DNA of 64,000 nucleotides from an uncultured cyanobacterium (GTDB lineage: Bacteria > Cyanobacteriota > Cyanobacteriia > Cyanobacteriales > CAWCAG01), in assembly GCA_963803805.1 (NCBI GenBank), contig CAWDOD010000011.1, positions 384,001 through 448,000 of the forward strand. Reading direction: 5' to 3'. Each line of letters begins with the position of its first letter. Within the stretch, counting starts at the first letter, position 1. Shown here piece after piece: positions 21,848-30,314 of this stretch. The notes beneath the pieces were generated by a model. The model did no database searches and had not been told where the DNA came from. It saw nothing but the letters and a program-made list of their open reading frames with translations. The position numbers were made by a program, and so were the translations under genes.

Positions 21848-24800
21848 ATGGCCATCAACCAGAGAATTCCCCTTGCCTCCCTTACCCTACTAGCCTTAAA
21901 CCTTCTTACCTCCACTACCCTAGCCCAATCCATCACCACAACTCCTGATGGCACAGGTACAATTATTCAGCATAACGGCAATACTTATACTATTACAGGT
22001 GGTACACAAGCTGGAGCTAATTTATTCCATTCCTTCGGTGAATTAGGACTTTCATCCCAGGAAATTGCCAACTTTCTCTCCAACCCCAATACCCAAAACA
22101 TTTTTGGCAGAGTTACCGGAGGTAATCCTTCAATTATTCAAGGTTTGTTGCAAGTTACTGGGGGCAATAGTAACTTGTTGTTAATGAATCCTGCTGGTAT
22201 TGTTTTTACCCAAGGGGCAAGTCTTAATGTTCCTGGTAGCTTTACTGCTACTACCGCCGATGCAATTGGCTTTGCCGGAGGCTTTTTTACCGCTACAGGG
22301 GAGGTTAACTATCAAAACCTAACGGGTGCGCCTAATCAATTTGTCTTTGCTGGGGATAACGGTAGTATTATCAATGCTGCCCAACTAGAAGCTAATCAGG
22401 GCAACCTTGCTTTGATCGGTAGCAGTGTTACTAATACTGGAACTTTAAGCACTCCTAACGGCAATATTACCATTACCGCAGTCCCTGACAGTAAGAGTGT
22501 GAGGATTAACCAAGCGGGTATGGTGTTGGGTTTAGAAGTTGCCCCTGCTAATCTTGATAGTGGTATTAAAGGAGTAGATTTACCCCGGTTACTCACAGAT
22601 CCTAGTCTCCAGGATGCTACAGGTATTAGTGTTGATGGTAATGGGGAATTGCGCTTGACTGGTTCCAACATCACTTTAGATGCAGCAGGTAATGTTACTA
22701 TTGCTGGGCAGGTGAAAGGCAATGAAGTTAATCTGGCAGCAGCAGGGGATGTTAATCCGGTGGGTAATCCGGAAACCTTGATTAGTACCAATAACGGGGA
22801 ATACAGCGCCCCTACTGTTACTCGTTTTGCCCAGGATGCAAGTGACCCCAATGCTTACGTTTTCATTGATGCGACTGTTCCTAATTACAGTAAGTTACTG
22901 TTTGGTGGGGAAGCAGGAACAACTACGGTGGTGGTTAATCCTGATGAGAATGGTATTAAGAAGATTACCGAAACCTTAGCCACACCGGGATTGAGTTTAG
23001 TAGATGAGTTGCATATTGTTTCTGAGGGTAGTGAGGGAAATTTTTGGTTGGGGAATGCTTTTGTTAATGGTGATACTATTGGTCAGTATGAAGGTCAAAT
23101 CACCTCTTGGAATCAGGGTTTGAGTGTCAATGCGGATTTGTTGCTTTATGCTTGCTTTGTGGCTTTAGGTACAACTGGTGAGGCTTTGCTTAATACCTTT
23201 GCTGATTATACCGGGGCAGATGTGGCTGGTTCTACTAACCTGACTGGCTTTGGGGGAGATTGGCAGTTAGAGAGGAGTGTAGGGAATATTGAGGCTGATG
23301 CAGCTTTTGAAAGTAATGTTTTGGCTGACTATGGTGATAGTTTGGCGGTATTTACAGCTATTAATGGTGGTGATGCTGGGCTAGGTTCACTGCGGCAGGC
23401 ACTTCTGGATGCTAATGCTGCTGCGGGGGATGATGAGGTTCGCTTTGCCCCTGGGTTGAATAAGGTTACTTTGACATCTGGTCAGTTGTTGATTGATGCA
23501 AGGAATGGAGGTTTTACTATTGATGGGGACTCTGGTGGGGCAAGTAATATAATTGTTGAACGTAGTACAGCAGCAGGAATACCTAATTTTAGTGTTTTCC
23601 AGATTTTGGGAGATGAAGATGTTACCATGGATGCCTTGATAATTCGCAATGGTACTGCTAGTGGCATAGTTGCAAGCAGGGGTAAGCTGACTGTGACAAA
23701 TAGCACAGTTACTAGCAATTCTAATGGTAGAGGGGGCGGCATTAGTAGCGTCGGTGCAGTAACTTTAATTGACAGCACTGTGAGTAACAATATTGGTACT
23801 AGAGGGGGTGGCATTAGCAGTAATAGTGATGGAGTAACCCTCATAAACAGTACAGTTAGTGGTAATGCAGGAACTGGTGGTGGTATTTACAGCAGTGATG
23901 GAGTAATTCTAGATAACAGTACGGTGAGTGGCAACATAGGAGGGACAGGGGCTGGTGGTATTTGGAGTTATAGTTCAGTAACTCTAACCAACAATAGCTC
24001 TGTGACTGGTAATCGTAATGGTGCAATTGGTTTTACAGGTGGCATTCGTACTGGTGGGCTAGGCGGTAGTGGCCCAGTTACTTTGATTGATAGTAGTGTA
24101 AGCGGCAATAACGGTATTGGTATTACTAGTAGTGGGCCGGTTAACCTAACGAACAGTACAGTTAGTAACAATACTTCCCGCGGTAGGAGCGGAGGTATTA
24201 CTAGTAGTGGGCCGGTTAACCTAACGAACAGTACAGTTAGTAACAATACTTCCCGCGGTAGGAGCGGAGGTATTACTAGCAGTAGAATAGTAACTCTTGT
24301 TGACAGTACTGTCAGTGGTAATCAGGGGGGTGAGAGTGGTGCTATTTATAGTTATGGTGGAGTGACTTTAGAGAATAGCACTGTGAATAATAACTTTTCT
24401 ACGGGCGTTGTCCGCAGGGGAAGTATTTGGAGCTATAATGCAGTCATTCTGAACAATAGTACTGTGAATGGCAATATTAGGGGTGGTATTAGTGCTGGTG
24501 CAGTTACTCTGAATAACAGTAGTGTAAGTAATAATTTTGATGAAGGTATCAGCAGTGGTGGTGCAGTTAATGTGACTAATAGTAATGTTAACAATAATCT
24601 TGGCCGTGGTATTAGTAGCAATGGTGAAGTAACCCTAAATAGTAGTAGTGTAAGTAATAATTCTACGAACGCTACAGACGGTGGTGGGATTCGTAGCAAC
24701 GGTACAGTCACGTTGAACAACAGCACAGTGGACGGCAATTCAGTAAGAGGAGGTGGTGGTGGTATTTTCAGCAGGGGTGCTACAGTAACTCTAAACAACA

Positions 24801-26377
24801 GCACTGTGAGTAATAATTCCGCAACAAGTAGCGGCGGTGGTATTAGTAGTGGAGGCGGAGTAACGCTGAACAGTAGTACGGTAAGTGGCAATTCTACAGA
24901 TTTTGGTAGCGGTGGTGGTATTAGTAGTGGCGGTGCAGTTAATTTGACTAACAGCACTGTAAGTGGAAATTTAGCAGGAAATAATGGTGGTGGTGTTGCT
25001 AGTGGAGATGGTGGCACTATTATTAATAGTACTATTACCAACAACACAGCAGACTCTGATAGCAATAACAGAGGTAATGGTGGCGGTATTTATACAAGCT
25101 TGAATAGCACTCTAAACATCAGCAACAGTATCATTGCTGGCAACTTCGATCTTGGGGGTGCTATTAACCCCGACTTTTCCGGCAGAGGTACAATCAACGG
25201 CAATGCTAATAATCTCATCGGCGATCGCACAGGAGCAAATGGTACAATCGGTACAGGTAGCGATAAAACCTTTGCCAATTTAGGCATCACCAATATTAAC
25301 CAAGTCCTTACACCTTTGGGAGATTACGGTGGCCCAACCTTAACCCATGCCCTCGTCCCAGGTAGCCCAGCCCTTGATGCTGGTAACAACGCCAACATTC
25401 CCGGCGGGATAACCACCGATCAACGAGGTGCAACCCGGATCAATAACATCGTTGACATTGGTGCATTTGAATCCCAGGGTTTCACCTTCAACTTAACAGG
25501 TTCTCCCCAAAGCGCCCTTGTTAATACAGCTTTTAGCCAGCCCTTAACTACCCAAGTCTTAGAAAACTTCGCTAACAAACCTATTTCCGGCGTTCCCATC
25601 AGTTTTAATGCCCCGACAACTGGTGCATCAGGCAACTTTGGCAACGGTACAACCGTCCTTACCAACTCCCAAGGTATTGTTGTTAATCCCTTCACTGCTA
25701 ACACTGTTGCTGGAGACTATCAAGTCACTGTGAATGCCAATAGCTTACAGGTAGGCAGTTTTAGTTTAAGCAATATTGGTAATGGCAATTTTCCTACACC
25801 ACAACCTCAGCCTCAACCTCAGCCTCAACCTCAACCATCTTCTATTCCCCAACTACAACCCCAACAACCTCAATCTCAGCAATCTCAGCTTTTTGTGCCA
25901 CCAGAAAGCAACACCCCCCCTGAACCCCAGGAAACTATAACAACTTATGACACAAAAGAAGTACTAGAAACTGCGATCGCCGAAGCTTTCCAAAGCTTAC
26001 TACCTAAAATTGCTGGACGGATGAATGCAGAGGGAGGAACTATTTCTTTTCCCTTAAGGGAGTTAACCGCCAAAATGGACTCTAGAATATCAGTTATAAC
26101 AGCAGAGATTCCCCAAAGCTATCAACAAATTCTACATCATCGCCTAAAACACACTATTAGGAGATATATCGGCAAAGACTATACTGGTTTGGTGGAAGTA
26201 AAGTTAGTCAATGCACCAGAGGGTATAACAGCAATCATAGAAGTGCAACCCTCACCCAAACCAGCCTTTGTCAAAGAAGAGGAAGAGAAAATTTTCTATC
26301 TTTACGAAGATGGGAATCTACGCAAACTTGAACAAGAAGCAACACAAGAATATATTCAGCAACGTTGGACGCAGTAG
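21848..26377 (+). CDS. Two-partner secretion exoprotein (TpsA): filamentous-haemagglutinin N-terminal domain, DUF4347-like domain, beta-helix (PMP-like) repeats, choice-of-anchor Q-like region, Ig-like domain, PQ linker, unassigned C-terminal domain
   Basis: Signal peptide; NLFHSF, RVTGGNPS and MNPAGIVF TPS motifs; FIDATV...LLLYAC...GADVAGS...GGDWQLE; many GGI.S...TL.NSTVS.N repeats; GGPTLTHALVPGSPALDAG...TDQRG...DIGAFE. Confidence 0.9.
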   Translation: MAINQRIPLASLTLLALNLLTSTTLAQSITTTPDGTGTIIQHNGNTYTITGGTQAGANLFHSFGELGLSSQEIANFLSNPNTQNIFGRVTGGNPSIIQGLLQVTGGNSNLLLMNPAGIVFTQGASLNVPGSFTATTADAIGFAGGFFTATGEVNYQNLTGAPNQFVFAGDNGSIINAAQLEANQGNLALIGSSVTNTGTLSTPNGNITITAVPDSKSVRINQAGMVLGLEVAPANLDSGIKGVDLPRLLTDPSLQDATGISVDGNGELRLTGSNITLDAAGNVTIAGQVKGNEVNLAAAGDVNPVGNPETLISTNNGEYSAPTVTRFAQDASDPNAYVFIDATVPNYSKLLFGGEAGTTTVVVNPDENGIKKITETLATPGLSLVDELHIVSEGSEGNFWLGNAFVNGDTIGQYEGQITSWNQGLSVNADLLLYACFVALGTTGEALLNTFADYTGADVAGSTNLTGFGGDWQLERSVGNIEADAAFESNVLADYGDSLAVFTAINGGDAGLGSLRQALLDANAAAGDDEVRFAPGLNKVTLTSGQLLIDARNGGFTIDGDSGGASNIIVERSTAAGIPNFSVFQILGDEDVTMDALIIRNGTASGIVASRGKLTVTNSTVTSNSNGRGGGISSVGAVTLIDSTVSNNIGTRGGGISSNSDGVTLINSTVSGNAGTGGGIYSSDGVILDNSTVSGNIGGTGAGGIWSYSSVTLTNNSSVTGNRNGAIGFTGGIRTGGLGGSGPVTLIDSSVSGNNGIGITSSGPVNLTNSTVSNNTSRGRSGGITSSGPVNLTNSTVSNNTSRGRSGGITSSRIVTLVDSTVSGNQGGESGAIYSYGGVTLENSTVNNNFSTGVVRRGSIWSYNAVILNNSTVNGNIRGGISAGAVTLNNSSVSNNFDEGISSGGAVNVTNSNVNNNLGRGISSNGEVTLNSSSVSNNSTNATDGGGIRSNGTVTLNNSTVDGNSVRGGGGGIFSRGATVTLNNSTVSNNSATSSGGGISSGGGVTLNSSTVSGNSTDFGSGGGISSGGAVNLTNSTVSGNLAGNNGGGVASGDGGTIINSTITNNTADSDSNNRGNGGGIYTSLNSTLNISNSIIAGNFDLGGAINPDFSGRGTINGNANNLIGDRTGANGTIGTGSDKTFANLGITNINQVLTPLGDYGGPTLTHALVPGSPALDAGNNANIPGGITTDQRGATRINNIVDIGAFESQGFTFNLTGSPQSALVNTAFSQPLTTQVLENFANKPISGVPISFNAPTTGASGNFGNGTTVLTNSQGIVVNPFTANTVAGDYQVTVNANSLQVGSFSLSNIGNGNFPTPQPQPQPQPQPQPSSIPQLQPQQPQSQQSQLFVPPESNTPPEPQETITTYDTKEVLETAIAEAFQSLLPKIAGRMNAEGGTISFPLRELTAKMDSRISVITAEIPQSYQQILHHRLKHTIRRYIGKDYTGLVEVKLVNAPEGITAIIEVQPSPKPAFVKEEEEKIFYLYEDGNLRKLEQEATQEYIQQRWTQ
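24119..24279 (+). repeat. Perfect 75-bp tandem duplication inside tpsA
   Basis: 24119-24193 equals 24194-24268 (GITSSGPVNLTNSTVSNNTSRGRSG x2), plus the first 11 nt of a third copy. Confidence 0.95.
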
Positions 26378-26396
26378 GTAATGGGTAATAGGTAAT

Positions 26397-26425
26397 AGGT
26401 AATAAGTAAGACTTGTTTATTACCT
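26397..26425 (+). terminator. Hairpin downstream of tpsA, possible terminator
   Basis: aggtaataa / ttattacct 9-bp stem 20 nt after the stop, followed by a T-rich stretch; left arm is part of a GTAATAG heptamer array. Confidence 0.45.
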
Positions 26426-26538
26426 CTTTATGTCATTACTTTCTTCTTTCTTATCTGTAAAATAGCCTTTCGCAGAGCAATGAAAACAATACTACTTTCT
26501 TAAGATAAAAAGTTATATGAAATAGAAAAAATAACGCT

Positions 26539-26777
26539 ACAGATAAATTATTTTTGTACCGCTTTTTTTGTTAATCCTTCTTTTAGTTTATCTGTGGGTA
26601 GCATTAGTTTTATTGGGGGACTAGCCCCCCAAACCCCCCAGCAGGGAAACAAGTGTTTCCCTACAACCCTTCCTAACCGCTTCGCTCTTCGTTAGTTGTG
26701 TTTGATTGGCTAATTCTGAGTTGGTCTATCGTCGGAATTAGACTTGGTGGTAGGGCGCATTTGGACTTAGGCTCGTT
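26539..26777. repeat. ~240-bp structured dispersed repeat, copy 1
   Basis: Reverse-complement match to 50236-50477; core 26573-26693 vs 50321-50441 has 8 mismatches in 121 nt with no gaps. Confidence 0.9.
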
Positions 26778-26849
26778 CTTTCCACAGTATTTACTTATTA
26801 CTTATTACTTATTACTTTCCCCAACGTATTACTTTCCCCAACACAACCC

Positions 26850-28550
26850 ATGAAAAAACTAACCCTCTCCCTCACTACCCTCTCTCTACTCCTCACCTTA
26901 AACCCAGCAACCTTAGCCCAACGCCCTGTTCCTAACCCGAATCAAGAAAGATTAGTTCCTCCTACAGAACTTCCTGAACCTCTTGATCAAGATGCACCTA
27001 TCTTAACCCCACAACCAGATACTACAATTCCAGATGTTAGCGATGATGATACTCCCATTCCAGTAGAAGATATTCAAGTTTTAGGAACTAGCATCTTTAC
27101 CGAATCTGACTTTGCATCCTTGACAGAACCTTTGCAAGGTCGCACTGTCACAGTGGCAGACTTGCAACAACTGGTTCAACAAATTAATCAACTCTACCTT
27201 GAAGCTGGCTATCTTAACTCTGTAGCAACTCTCCCTAACCAGGATTTAAGGGACGGTATCATCCAAATTCAGGTTTTTGAAGGGCAACTTAGCAACATTG
27301 AAATTGAAGGATTAGAGCGTACTAATCCTGGTTATGTGCGATCGCGCCTTCAAATCGGTTTAAACGAAAACCAACCCCTACAAATACAAAACCTGGAAAA
27401 CCAATTAAGATTGTTGCAGAGTAATCCCCTCTTTAAAGGAGTTGATGCCTATTTACGCCCCCTCAATGAACCAGGACAAACGGAATTAGTAGTTGAAGTA
27501 GAAGAAGAAAACCTAGTGACTGGCAACCTCTTTGTAGATAATTACTCACCTCCTAGTGTCGGCAGTGTCCGCTACGGGGCAAACGTCGCTTTTAATAGTC
27601 TTACCGGTTGGGGTGATGTATTGCGAATTGGTCACTACCGCACCACCACAGGAGGTTCCCGCATCGGTAGCTTTAGTTATACTTTGCCAGTTAACCCAAT
27701 GGAAGGAACCGTCAACTTGAATATCGTCCTTGACCGCAACGAAATTACCCAAGAACCCTTTGATCAGTTTGATATTACCGGAAAGTCGGAGTTATACGAA
27801 ATCAGCTTTCGTCAGCCTGTTATTCGCACCCCCAGAGAGGAGTTAGCCTTCTCAGTAGGCTTTAGTTACAAAGACGGACAAACCTTCGTTTTTGACCAAC
27901 CAACACCCTTTGGTATTGGTCCAGAAGGTAATGGAGTTAGTAAAGTTAGTGTATTGCGCTTGGGACAGGATTACGTAGCGCGGGATTTTTCTGGGGCTTG
28001 GGCATTGCGATCGCAGTTTAACATCGGTTTAGATGTTTTCGATGCTACCACCAATGAAAGTCCTACTCCCGACAGTCGCTTCTTCAGTTGGTTAGGACAG
28101 GTGCAAAGGGTACAGCAATTAAATGATGATAACTTGCTGATTGCCCAATTTGATGTCCAGTTAAGCGCCGATAGCCTCCTACCCTCAGAAGAGTTTACCA
28201 TTGGCGGAGGTCAATCTGTAAGGGGCTATCGTTCTAATGTTCGTTCTGGCGATAATGGGCTGCGTTTTAGTTTAGAAAACCGTTGGACAGTTTTTAAAAA
28301 CTCTGAAAGTGAACCAAAGCTACAACTGATTCCCTTTGTAGATTTAGGTTGGGTCTGGAACCAATCCGGCAATCCCAATACTCTACCTCCCCAAAGTTTT
28401 CTGGCTAGCATCGGTACAGGAATTTTGTGGTTGCCTCAAAAGGACTTGTCAGTGCGCCTAGACTACGGCTATCCTCTGATAAACTTGGACGACAGGGGAA
28501 CAGATGCGACAGATGATGGGCTTTATTTTAGCATAGGTTATCGCTTCTAG
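26850..28550 (+). CDS. ShlB/FhaC/HecB family TpsB outer-membrane transporter
   Basis: Signal peptide; POTRA-like regions (INQLYLEAGYLNS); DNYSPPSVG; IGGGQSVRGY; C-terminal Phe. Confidence 0.95.
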   Translation: MKKLTLSLTTLSLLLTLNPATLAQRPVPNPNQERLVPPTELPEPLDQDAPILTPQPDTTIPDVSDDDTPIPVEDIQVLGTSIFTESDFASLTEPLQGRTVTVADLQQLVQQINQLYLEAGYLNSVATLPNQDLRDGIIQIQVFEGQLSNIEIEGLERTNPGYVRSRLQIGLNENQPLQIQNLENQLRLLQSNPLFKGVDAYLRPLNEPGQTELVVEVEEENLVTGNLFVDNYSPPSVGSVRYGANVAFNSLTGWGDVLRIGHYRTTTGGSRIGSFSYTLPVNPMEGTVNLNIVLDRNEITQEPFDQFDITGKSELYEISFRQPVIRTPREELAFSVGFSYKDGQTFVFDQPTPFGIGPEGNGVSKVSVLRLGQDYVARDFSGAWALRSQFNIGLDVFDATTNESPTPDSRFFSWLGQVQRVQQLNDDNLLIAQFDVQLSADSLLPSEEFTIGGGQSVRGYRSNVRSGDNGLRFSLENRWTVFKNSESEPKLQLIPFVDLGWVWNQSGNPNTLPPQSFLASIGTGILWLPQKDLSVRLDYGYPLINLDDRGTDATDDGLYFSIGYRF

Positions 28551-28580
28551 TAGGGAAGTAGGAAAGTAATAATAAAACTA

Positions 28581-29306
28581 TTAACAACTAGCAATTAGCA
28601 ATTCTGCTAAACCTAAATATTCAATACCCTCTGGGGTTACATTAAAGCGACAAGGTAGCACTTCCATTCCAGCCGCGATCGCTTGGCGCAATAATTTACC
28701 GTATTTAGGATCAACTGTATCTCCAGGAGAAAAAGTTGTACAGTCGCTGCGATTAATAAAATAAAGAATAACTGAACGATGTTCTGGTAGTAAAGAGGTT
28801 AATTCTCGTAGATGTTTTTGTCCCCTTGTGGTGACGGTATCAGGAAACATCGCCAATGTTTTATCTGCCCAGGTAGTATTTTTAACTTCTAAATAAATTG
28901 CTTTTTGCTGATCTTCTCCTGTTAAAAGAAAGTCAACTCGGCTTTTTTCTTTACCATAAGCAACTTCGGTACGAATCTTGTCGTATTGTTTAGCTAAACT
29001 AGGGAATAATTTCTGTTCTAAAGCTAATTTAATCACTCGGTTGGGCAGGGCTGTATTTATGCCTACCCAGGTGGGTTCGTTATCTTCAACTTGAATTAAT
29101 TCCCAAGTATAAGCTAACTTTCGCTTCGGGTTATTACTACGAGATACTTGTACCTTGCTTCCTGGGGTACATAAACCTGTCATAGGGCCGGTGTTGGCGC
29201 AATGGGCGGTAATAACTTCTCCTGTAGCTAATTCAATATCAGCAAGAAAGCGTTTGTAGCGGCGGAGTAGGACACCAGGAAGTAAGGGAGGATATTGGTA
29301 AAGCAA
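28581..29306 (-). CDS. sfsA: DNA/RNA nuclease SfsA
   Basis: RYKRFLAD, HCANTGPM, SRVDFLL, EVKN, FPDTVTTRGQKHLREL. Confidence 0.96.
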   Translation of the reverse strand: MLYQYPPLLPGVLLRRYKRFLADIELATGEVITAHCANTGPMTGLCTPGSKVQVSRSNNPKRKLAYTWELIQVEDNEPTWVGINTALPNRVIKLALEQKLFPSLAKQYDKIRTEVAYGKEKSRVDFLLTGEDQQKAIYLEVKNTTWADKTLAMFPDTVTTRGQKHLRELTSLLPEHRSVILYFINRSDCTTFSPGDTVDPKYGKLLRQAIAAGMEVLPCRFNVTPEGIEYLGLAELLIASC

Positions 29307-29502
29307 GTTATTGGAGATGAGGAATTGTATAACGAGTTGTATTTAACCATATAATCAAAATCTTTGATATTTTATTCCTGCTAAGCACTTACACAGAATT
29401 ATTTACATACTCTCGTTTGCTGTTCAAACATCTATGGCAAAAGCGACAGCATCTAGCTTAAACTTACTAAAGATGAGAAGGCTAACGCCTATGAATGTTT
29501 AA

Positions 29503-30291
29503 ATGTGTAACTTTATGGTAAGCTCTCCTTCACGTACATCTAGCACTCAAAAATATGACAGCCAAGAACTAGCTGAAAGAGGCTGGCGAGTTGTCATAGA
29601 TCCTGAAGCTAATGATGGTAGCACCATCTGGATCCCCCTCACCTCAGAACAATTTCTCCACCCCACCGAAGATTGCCACTTGCCTAACTCTACCTTTCAC
29701 AATGAAGTAGCTGGTCATGCCGAAGATGTTCTCAATCGCCGCTATGCCGAAGACCACACCGTGGGAGTATTTCGCGACTTAATTGTCGAATGGGACACAG
29801 ACCAAGGAGACAACTGCCCGGACATCTTTGTCGCTTTTGGTATCAAAAACAAAGAGATTAATCGCAGCAGGTTCATTGTCAAAAACGAAGGAGTGCGACC
29901 AGGCTTAATCATAGAAGTAGTATCCCCTAACTACCGCAAAGAAGATAGAGAGACAAAAGTAGTGCAGTATGCCCAAGCTGGAGTAGGGGAATATATAATC
30001 GTAGACCGTCGCAAGCTGCGGGGAAAAATACTAGAAGAAGTCTTGGGCTATCGGTTGGTAGGAAGTCATTACCAACCTATTACCCCCGATGAAGAAGGGC
30101 GTATCCTGTGTGAATCGGTGGGAGTGTTTATGAGCTTACGGGAAGGAAGTTTAGTGGTAGAGGATACTGCATCTGGAGAGCGTTTGCTTTCTTCTGTGGA
30201 ACTGGAGGAAGCCAATGCAGAGATGGCTAAACTTCTAGCTCGTTATCAAGAGCAGTTTGGGGATCTGCCAGAGGATGGCAATGAAGTTTAG
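29503..30291 (+). CDS. Uma2 family PD-(D/E)XK endonuclease-like protein
   Basis: CPDIFV, PGLIIEVVSP, K...YAQAGVGEYIIVD; C-terminal coiled coil. Confidence 0.9.
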   Translation: MCNFMVSSPSRTSSTQKYDSQELAERGWRVVIDPEANDGSTIWIPLTSEQFLHPTEDCHLPNSTFHNEVAGHAEDVLNRRYAEDHTVGVFRDLIVEWDTDQGDNCPDIFVAFGIKNKEINRSRFIVKNEGVRPGLIIEVVSPNYRKEDRETKVVQYAQAGVGEYIIVDRRKLRGKILEEVLGYRLVGSHYQPITPDEEGRILCESVGVFMSLREGSLVVEDTASGERLLSSVELEEANAEMAKLLARYQEQFGDLPEDGNEV

Positions 30292-30314
30292 GTTAGGATA
30301 GTGGGGAGTATTAG

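Noticed and set aside
22396-25704. Six antisense ORFs inside tpsA, rich in L/P/T/V
   Set aside because: Shadow frames caused by the repetitive Gly/Ser/Asn codons of the sense gene.
26378-26849. CDI-type immunity gene between tpsA and tpsB
   Set aside because: No ORF of 60 aa or more in the track; the gap holds heptamer arrays, a hairpin and the dispersed structured repeat.
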